Shown here: positions 57,314-64,000 of the stretch, piece after piece | Layout: each line of letters starts with the position of its first letter | Numbering within the stretch: position 1 is the stretch's first letter | DNA from: a virus | IMG/VR virus record: IMGVR_UViG_2778261584_000002 | Coordinates: 203 to 64,202 of that record | Direction: 5' to 3' (one strand) | Length of the DNA stretch: 64,000 nt | Translations under genes and position numbers: made by a program | Notes under the pieces: generated by a model | What the model saw: the letters and a program-made list of their open reading frames with translations, nothing else | The model's database searches: none | Told to the model about the DNA's origin: nothing

Positions 57314-60300
57314 ATGTCCATATTTGAAAATAACTTTGCCTTAAAATCATCAAATGTTCTTAGTTCGCTAGATCAATTAATTCAAACGTTACAAAGCATA
57401 GATGAAATAACCGTTTACTTTAAAAGAATCATTTCGGGTGAAATTGAAATTGATTTAGGCGAAGCAAAAAAAATCTTATCTTTGGCAGAAACAGATAAAG
57501 ATAATCAATATCTAGGTCAAGTTGCAGACTATGTTTTAAATGACTCAGTCCAAAAACTAGACTCTAATTTACAAGCTTATATCGTTAAACAAACGGCCAA
57601 TGAACCAATTGCTAAACTAAATCAAGCAATTGCTTATTATGTTTGTGAGCAAGAGCTTGTCGAATACATCACCAAAAAAGGGAAGTCGTTACTTGTAATT
57701 TCTTTAGCTGGTGTACCTGTCAAAACAGCAAAAGAATACGATCCATATGCCTTTATTTATAACCAACACACATTAATCCGTGCAAAGCATATTCTCGAAT
57801 TACCAGATTCATTACTTACAGATGATCAGCAATTAATTAAAGAGGTTTTCTCTAATGTTACAGATACCGATTCAGATTTGGCACAACTTAGCGAACTTCG
57901 TCGCGGATCAGGAAGATCAGCAATTCCTCAGTCTGAATCAAATGCAGATGGAGCAACGCCTTCATCAACAGGAACAGCTTCTGTTGAGCAAGGGCTATAC
58001 CGAAACGGTAGTATTGGCGTATCAGAAAATAATGATGCAAGTTTACTTGGCGCAGGAAATAGAGGAAATGAACCTTCAAATGGGGGAAGTCCAACCAGTC
58101 TTGCAGGGGATGACAGCAGCGGAAGCCGTGCGATTTTTAACTCAGGATCACCTACTAGAGACAAGCGAAATAAATCAATTATTCAATCTGCTAAGTCAGT
58201 TAGAGTTGAGTTAGAAGGTAAAGCTAAATTACAAGCTGAGGCAGAGGGAACGCCTACAGAATGGGGAGATCCTGAAAATATCAGCGAAGCATTACCTTAT
58301 CTGTTACCCGAACAATGTGATGATATTGTCAAAGCTGAAAAACGTTTAATCATTGATAATGGCAACGGCATGTTATTTACCAATGGTACAGGTACTGGGA
58401 AAACCTTCACTGGTTTGGGAACCGCCAAACGATTCTTAAATTCTGGTGCTCAAAATATTCTAATTATTACTTTAAGCGACAAAATTGCTCGTGACTTTGT
58501 GAAGTCAGGTAAGCCTTTAAATATTGATATACATCAATTATCAAGCATTCAAGACAATGGTAGTAATTCAAATGTTGTTGTCACAACATATGCAAACTTT
58601 GGTCAAAATAAATCTTTAGGTAAGAAAGATTGGGACCTTATCATTGTTGATGAAGCACATACATTAATGCAAAGCGCGGACGGTGAAGTAACCACTGCAT
58701 TAGATAACTTAAGGGCTTTATCTGGGCATCATGCAGGTTTCTACACTTGGGCAAAAATGCGGTTTTCTGAGCGAGATCCTTATGCATTACCTGAGGAAGA
58801 ACGTACCGATGAGATGATCAAGGATTGGAATGCTTTTATCCATGATTATAAGGTTGAATGGGAAAAGAATTGGACAGAACAATCTGGGAAACGTGCAAAA
58901 GTCGTCTTCCTATCTGCAACACCATTTTCCTATATCAAAACAGTGGATTGGGCTGAGGGTTATCTCTTTAATTTTACATCACCAGAATCGCAATTTAGTA
59001 ATAATTCTTCTGGTGGATACAATTCAGGCGGTGCGCGTGAGCGATTCTATATGTCTAATTTCGGCTATAGAATGAGATATAACAAATTGACCCGTCCAGA
59101 TGGGGGAGTTGACCAAGGTGTTTTTGAAAGACAATTTGCGGAAAGCCTGAAATCTACTGGGGCATTGGCTGGACGTGAACTAGAATTAAAATTTGATTAT
59201 GACCGTAAATTTGTATTGATCAAATCTAACATTGGTCAAAAAATTGATGAAGGTTTGGACTACCTTTGGGATGCTAAAGATGCCAATGGAAATAGTCGAT
59301 TCTCTGATTTGAGTAGCCTCGTGAATAAGCGATTTGACTATCTTTCGCGCCGACGGTTACTAGAGGCAATTAAAGCAGAAGAAGGCATTCCATTTTTCAA
59401 AAAGAATTTAGCTTTAGGGCGAAAAGTAATTATTTTCCACGATTATAACGATGGTGGAGGTTTTAGACCGTTTGCGTTTACAGATGATCAATTTAAATCG
59501 ATTGATGGTAAATATAACGAAGATGCAGCTGCACAATATCAAGAGTTTGCTCAAGAACGATCGGATTTAGTCCGCTTAAATTGTAATTATAATTCTCCAC
59601 TAGTAACACTACGCCGTGCTTTCCCAAATGCATTGTTATTTAATGGCCGTGTTTCTAAGAAAGATCGTCAAAAAAACGTTGATCTATTTAACCAGGATAA
59701 TAGTGGTTTTGATATTTTGATCGTTCAATCAGATGCAGGTTCTACTGGTATCTCACTGCATGATACAACTGGGACACATCAGCGGGTGAATATCAACATT
59801 GGCCAACCTATTAAGCCAGCCAAGCTTCGTCAAACTGAAGGGCGTATTTATCGAGTTGGGCAAGCTTCGAATGCGATTCAGCGTTATTTTACTACAGGCA
59901 CAAACTGGGAACGGACTGCATTTGCTGAAACTATCGCAGGGCGAGCTGAGACAGTAGATAACTTAGCCAAGGGCGAAGATGCTTTAGTGAGTATTAAGCA
60001 AGCGCTTATCGAAGCATATGAAGAAGCCGAATATCATGAGCCTTCGCTTATGGATGGCGTAGGTGGGAAAGCTTACGATGAAGAAAATGCACGTATTGCG
60101 CGTTTATCTCCTTTCGACAAAGCGATGACTTATTACTATGCAAAAGGTAAGCGTACCGAAAGCCGTAATAATCGTGAGGGTAAAGAGTGGTATGCAACGC
60201 CTGAACCGCTAGGTTTAAAAATGCTCGAATGGGCAGGTGTACATAAGGGCGATGATGTACTTGAACCAAGCGCAGGCGATGGGGCTATAGGGCGATTTGC

Positions 60301-61024
60301 GCCTAATGATGTCAACCTGACCATGATTGAACCAACTGAATCATTGGCAAGTCGTGCAAAAATGGCAAATACAGGTGCAAATGTAATTGTCAGTGGTTTT
60401 GAAGAACACGGTACCAATAACAAGTATCATGCAATTGTGATGAATCCGCCGTTTGGGAATGCAGGTTCCTTGGCAATAAAGCATGTCCAGAAAGCTTTCC
60501 AACACTTATATGATGGCGGTCGAATCGTGGCACTCATTCCTCGTGGTGCAATGGATGAAAAGCTTTCTAGTTGGATTGCAAACGAAAAAGAAGCCTATCA
60601 AGTTGGTGAAATCACATTACCTTTAAGTACATTTAGAAATGCTGGAACCGGTGTTAATACTCGTATTGTGATTATTGAAAGACATACAAGTCCAGAAGAT
60701 GCACCAACTTATCCAAAAAATATGAATTTCTCACATGCAGAAAGTCCTGAACAACTTTTTGAACTTATTCGTGATGCACAGATTAAACCGCGGAAATTGC
60801 GGATTGATGAGCAGCTTGAACGTTACGGGCTATATATGCGAACTGAGCGTAGCAACTATGTTTTTAATGGCGATGGATTAAATATTGATTACATTAAAAA
60901 GATTTTAACAAGCTACTGGTTTGCTGAGGTAAACCAATTTGGTGAAGTCGTAATGGCTTATAACAAGTCAGCTGAGATCATTAAGAAAATTAAAGAAGTC
61001 GAAGCAACCTTACAGGCTGCATGA
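57314..61024 (+). CDS. DarB-like SF2 helicase fused to C-terminal N6-adenine methyltransferase
   Basis: GTGTGKT, DEAH, SAT, QTEGRIYR; VLEPSAGDG and MNPPF. Confidence 0.85.
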   Translation: MSIFENNFALKSSNVLSSLDQLIQTLQSIDEITVYFKRIISGEIEIDLGEAKKILSLAETDKDNQYLGQVADYVLNDSVQKLDSNLQAYIVKQTANEPIAKLNQAIAYYVCEQELVEYITKKGKSLLVISLAGVPVKTAKEYDPYAFIYNQHTLIRAKHILELPDSLLTDDQQLIKEVFSNVTDTDSDLAQLSELRRGSGRSAIPQSESNADGATPSSTGTASVEQGLYRNGSIGVSENNDASLLGAGNRGNEPSNGGSPTSLAGDDSSGSRAIFNSGSPTRDKRNKSIIQSAKSVRVELEGKAKLQAEAEGTPTEWGDPENISEALPYLLPEQCDDIVKAEKRLIIDNGNGMLFTNGTGTGKTFTGLGTAKRFLNSGAQNILIITLSDKIARDFVKSGKPLNIDIHQLSSIQDNGSNSNVVVTTYANFGQNKSLGKKDWDLIIVDEAHTLMQSADGEVTTALDNLRALSGHHAGFYTWAKMRFSERDPYALPEEERTDEMIKDWNAFIHDYKVEWEKNWTEQSGKRAKVVFLSATPFSYIKTVDWAEGYLFNFTSPESQFSNNSSGGYNSGGARERFYMSNFGYRMRYNKLTRPDGGVDQGVFERQFAESLKSTGALAGRELELKFDYDRKFVLIKSNIGQKIDEGLDYLWDAKDANGNSRFSDLSSLVNKRFDYLSRRRLLEAIKAEEGIPFFKKNLALGRKVIIFHDYNDGGGFRPFAFTDDQFKSIDGKYNEDAAAQYQEFAQERSDLVRLNCNYNSPLVTLRRAFPNALLFNGRVSKKDRQKNVDLFNQDNSGFDILIVQSDAGSTGISLHDTTGTHQRVNINIGQPIKPAKLRQTEGRIYRVGQASNAIQRYFTTGTNWERTAFAETIAGRAETVDNLAKGEDALVSIKQALIEAYEEAEYHEPSLMDGVGGKAYDEENARIARLSPFDKAMTYYYAKGKRTESRNNREGKEWYATPEPLGLKMLEWAGVHKGDDVLEPSAGDGAIGRFAPNDVNLTMIEPTESLASRAKMANTGANVIVSGFEEHGTNNKYHAIVMNPPFGNAGSLAIKHVQKAFQHLYDGGRIVALIPRGAMDEKLSSWIANEKEAYQVGEITLPLSTFRNAGTGVNTRIVIIERHTSPEDAPTYPKNMNFSHAESPEQLFELIRDAQIKPRKLRIDEQLERYGLYMRTERSNYVFNGDGLNIDYIKKILTSYWFAEVNQFGEVVMAYNKSAEIIKKIKEVEATLQAA

Positions 61025-61025
61025 T

Positions 61026-61066
61026 TGGAACTTGTTAATTTTCACTTATTCAACTAGATCAAAAAT
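61026..61066 (+). promoter_or_regulatory. Late promoter motif 15
   Basis: TGGAAC-N29-AAAAAT; AGCCTTATC/GATAGGGCT hairpin. Confidence 0.78.
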
Positions 61067-61091
61067 AGCCTTATCAAGATAGGGCTTTTTT

Positions 61092-61934
61092 ATGGCAAAT
61101 GACATCAATGGTGTTCAGGCAGCAAATGCTGATAAGACAACTTTACCTGTGGATTATAGCGCTGATCCATTCTGGGGTTATGTGTCTAAACATAAATTTG
61201 CTGAGTTCAATTTATGCACGATGGAACGTGATACAGAAACTAAAGAACCAATTTTCTCGTACGATTTGTCACAGCCAACTATTAGAGCATTCTTGACTGA
61301 CGGGGATATTAGTTTTGAAAGTCAATGGCAAACGCCTTTTGAGAACTCTAATCCTGAATTAAAAATGCCGATGATGATGGCAGCTTTGCAAACTGGGCAA
61401 GCTTTAGCTTCAGGTGGCGCTGCTAGTACAGCGATTCGTAACAATTTGGGTGATGCAGCAGCTGATCTGATTAGCAAAGGATTTCAACCATTAGCTGATT
61501 TTGCAAAAAGTGTTGAAGGCAAAACCAATCTTAATAAAGTCAACACAACTCAAGTCTTTCTTTCTACAGCTTCAGTTCATCTTAACTTAAGTGTTTTCTT
61601 TATTGCTTTAAAAGATGCACGAACAGAGGTGGAGAATAAGTTGATGTATCTCCAGTCTTGGTCATTACCAACAAAATTATCACAAGGGACTGTTCTTACA
61701 GATTTAATTTCAGAGGGAAGTGACGGTTTATTTTCAGGGCTAATTCCTCCCTACATCACTGTCACCACACACGGCAAAACTTATATGCCTTTTATTCTCC
61801 AAAGTGTATCAGCGCCGATTGTTGCACCCATTGATAAAGAGGGTAATCGACTAAGCCTTACAGTGAATTTAAGCCTGATTAGTCGAGCAGCTTGGGATGC
61901 TAAAGATGTTCGTAATTTATATAAAGTCGAATGA
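61092..61934 (+). CDS. Baseplate/tube-initiator-like protein
   Basis: ESQWQTPFE, IPP.I...HGKTY.P..LQSVS.P..AP.D..G. Confidence 0.5.
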   Translation: MANDINGVQAANADKTTLPVDYSADPFWGYVSKHKFAEFNLCTMERDTETKEPIFSYDLSQPTIRAFLTDGDISFESQWQTPFENSNPELKMPMMMAALQTGQALASGGAASTAIRNNLGDAAADLISKGFQPLADFAKSVEGKTNLNKVNTTQVFLSTASVHLNLSVFFIALKDARTEVENKLMYLQSWSLPTKLSQGTVLTDLISEGSDGLFSGLIPPYITVTTHGKTYMPFILQSVSAPIVAPIDKEGNRLSLTVNLSLISRAAWDAKDVRNLYKVE

Positions 61935-61944
61935 AGGATAGTAA

Positions 61945-62643
61945 ATGTTAAATTTTGATCCGATCCCTATTGGTGGGAAAACATATCAGCTAAATGAAAT
62001 TAGCTTTAATGAGGCGTTAAAAGTCGCTGCAATTGATCCTAAATTGAATGAGAAAAGAATAACGGCATTTTTGTCTCAGGCTTTGCAGAATCAACAATTA
62101 CCTTTAATGATGACAGCTCAAGAACGATATTTCTTGATGATCAAATATGTTCAAAATCAGATGAATACCTTATTTTCAACAAATACTGATTTTTCGAATT
62201 GTTTTAAAGAACATTCTGATTGGATTGATGAAGTATCAGAAGTCGGTGTAACTGTACGCCAGGTGAGTGGCAGTGAAGCAGAGTATTTAGAAGCACACTG
62301 TATGAATGCAGCAGAATGGATTGCCTGTTTATTAGCATTTCAGATTAAGTATGAAAATCATGAGCACTTGGGGCAATTCCCAGACCGTAATGCTATCGAT
62401 CAAGTTTATAAGCAGCAATTTTCTCAACGTCTTAGCTATTTAAAAACGCTTCCTCAGAGTGAATTTAATCTCATTTATCTTGATTACTTAAAGCTTAATA
62501 GCCAGCTTTTTACTCATTTAGAGCTAAGTGTGAACAACGATGGTTTCGTAGTACAAAGAGGTGCAGATGACGCGCCTATCCGATTTCGTGCCTCTACCTG
62601 TTTTATCGGAATCATCAAAGAGCTGGACAAGTCATTTACTTAG
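61945..62643 (+). CDS. Tail/baseplate assembly chaperone-like protein
   Basis: MTAQERYFL..Y and G.EAEYLE motifs; late operon. Confidence 0.5.
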   Translation: MLNFDPIPIGGKTYQLNEISFNEALKVAAIDPKLNEKRITAFLSQALQNQQLPLMMTAQERYFLMIKYVQNQMNTLFSTNTDFSNCFKEHSDWIDEVSEVGVTVRQVSGSEAEYLEAHCMNAAEWIACLLAFQIKYENHEHLGQFPDRNAIDQVYKQQFSQRLSYLKTLPQSEFNLIYLDYLKLNSQLFTHLELSVNNDGFVVQRGADDAPIRFRASTCFIGIIKELDKSFT

Positions 62644-62851
62644 CACAGCTCAGAATCTATCAAACCATTGCAAGATGTCATTATTCGATGCATTAAGTTT
62701 GCCTGTAAGTTTTGAAGCAGATTATTACGCTTCAGATGCTTGGGATGAGCGAAGAAAAGAAATAGAAATTGAAGCACAGCGACATAATGCAATATTCAAA
62801 CTTGGCAATGAAGTCATTAAATGTTTCAACAATATGAGCGCTAGAAGATGA
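62567..62851 (+). CDS. Small baseplate assembly protein
   Basis: AGAGG RBS before ATG 62567; overlaps upstream gene. Confidence 0.5.
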   Translation: MTRLSDFVPLPVLSESSKSWTSHLLSTAQNLSNHCKMSLFDALSLPVSFEADYYASDAWDERRKEIEIEAQRHNAIFKLGNEVIKCFNNMSARR

Positions 62852-63480
62852 ATACAACTAAGATATTAGGTGAGGCAGTTGGCATACAAAGCCAAGGCAC
62901 AGTAGACAAGACCGAAACACAAACGAAAGAAGGGCTAACCTCAGCCTTAATTGTTGGTCGATTTAAGCGTGGTCGAGTGGATAAGCCAATGACCATTCAT
63001 CAAGGCAATATTCGCGGTCAATTGGGCTATGAGCCTACAAATATTGATTATCAAGCGGTGCAAGATTGCTTAGACACGGGTGTACCTAGTGTCCAAGTGT
63101 TGCGTGTCGGGCAAATGATTGTAGATGTAGATCCTGAATTCCCTCATACCATTAGTTGTGAAGGGGCGACCACGTTAATGAGCTTTAGTCATATTGCAGG
63201 CGACTGGGATATTTATATCGATGATATGGCTACCCCTGTGGCAAGTGGTACGATTGGTGTCATTGTTGGTCAAATTTCATTAGCGTTTCAAAATCAAATT
63301 ACTGCTGACTATGATGGATTCTTGTATATAGAAAACATTGATACTGTTCCACATCGCTTTAAATTTGTGCCTAAGCCAAATTCAAATGCAAGTTTTACTG
63401 CAAATGTAGAGCAAAACCCAACGTTCTTAGAACATGATGATGGAAGCCTAACGTTTTGTTTAGCACAAGCAGTAGAATAA
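62848..63480 (+). CDS. Sheath N-terminal module fused to an extra beta-rich domain
   Basis: First 88 aa identical to the 43705 ORF. Confidence 0.8.
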   Translation: MNTTKILGEAVGIQSQGTVDKTETQTKEGLTSALIVGRFKRGRVDKPMTIHQGNIRGQLGYEPTNIDYQAVQDCLDTGVPSVQVLRVGQMIVDVDPEFPHTISCEGATTLMSFSHIAGDWDIYIDDMATPVASGTIGVIVGQISLAFQNQITADYDGFLYIENIDTVPHRFKFVPKPNSNASFTANVEQNPTFLEHDDGSLTFCLAQAVE

Positions 63481-63513
63481 TGCAGTCCTACTGATGTAGA
63501 TTTTCCTAACACA

Positions 63514-63849
63514 ATGTTTACAGGTAATAAATCTATTGAATATAGTTTGAATGATGGAGTTTTTAGAACAGTGTCTTGTTCTGGCAATGGATGGAATATG
63601 AGTAATCTATTTAACGCTATCAACAACGATCATGGTCAGCGTATTGTTTTGATCGGATGGGGAAATTATGCGGCATTCCAATTAATAGAACTTGTTAACC
63701 ATTTGCATCTAATGGGCGTTGATGAAAACGGAACACAACCAACAACATTAACAATTCGTGATATAGGCAATAATGTTATTTCAACTATATTTGGTTCTAA
63801 TTCTGTGACCTTTCATTCATGTGGATTTAAACAATATCCTGGTATTTAA
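63514..63849 (+). CDS. Hypothetical protein, in frame with the upstream ORF
   Basis: Separated from the 62848 ORF only by one TAA and 11 sense codons. Confidence 0.5.
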   Translation: MFTGNKSIEYSLNDGVFRTVSCSGNGWNMSNLFNAINNDHGQRIVLIGWGNYAAFQLIELVNHLHLMGVDENGTQPTTLTIRDIGNNVISTIFGSNSVTFHSCGFKQYPGI

Positions 63850-63864
63850 ATCACAGTTAAATCT

Positions 63865-63921
63865 AACCACCTAATTAACTGACTAACTTTATTGGTTGTA
63901 GTTAATTTAGGTGGTTTTTTT
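63865..63921 (+). terminator. Long-stem terminator
   Basis: AACCACCTAATTAACT...AGTTAATTTAGGTGG followed by T7. Confidence 0.7.
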
Positions 63922-63923
63922 AT

Positions 63924-63964
63924 TGGAACATCATCTCAATCATAGAATTTCAATCCTTCAAAAT
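63924..63964 (+). promoter_or_regulatory. Late promoter motif 16 (next gene starts at 63996)
   Basis: TGGAAC-N29-CAAAAT; ACCTAA/TTAGGT hairpin. Confidence 0.78.
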
Positions 63965-64000
63965 AAACCTAAATAAAACTTAGGTGAATTACAAAATGGC

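Noticed and set aside
62561..62680. Programmed frameshift between the 61945 and 62561 ORFs (tail-chaperone style)
   Set aside because: Frame relation is +1, no slippery heptamer seen, and ATG 62567 has an AGAGG RBS, so simple overlap explains it.
43705..63111. 264-bp duplication as a diversity-generating retroelement TR/VR pair, or as an assembly artefact
   Set aside because: Differences are synonymous, not adenine-specific in one copy, and no reverse transcriptase is in the window; divergence argues against misassembly.

Overview
The whole window is the interior of one large temperate phage, probably an Acinetobacter-type prophage (host inferred from AT-richness and gene content). No host genes, att sites or integrase are visible. 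Bases 1-19 kb form a lambdoid-style early region: leftward recombination/accessory genes, a cI/cro switch with ATTCA-N4-TGAAT operators, a Rha/KilA-C antirepressor, a DNA methyltransferase, O/P-like replication genes with internal iterons, RusA, an HTH regulator and a probable small terminase. Bases 19-64 kb form a P1-like (contractile-tail) morphogenesis region: tape measure, baseplate, protease, intein-containing large terminase, capsid, sheath, tube, portal and Hdf/DarA/DdrB/DarB-like virion cargo, interrupted by morons (exported proteins, initiator tRNA, DUF4760-like gene, Tad1-like sponge, GHKL-STAS-membrane operon). The most striking signals are: (1) a catalytically dead second terminase with its own late promoter; (2) a recurring F-D-S motif in head and cargo proteins that sits at domain boundaries, suggesting protease-processed polyprotein cargo; (3) 16 copies of a TGGAAC-N29-nAAAAT late promoter, most overlapped by an RBS-covering hairpin; (4) a split tail sheath whose N-terminal module is duplicated and fused to an extra domain; (5) a candidate partner-switch defence operon. 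Family assignments come from recognising motifs by eye, not from database searches.
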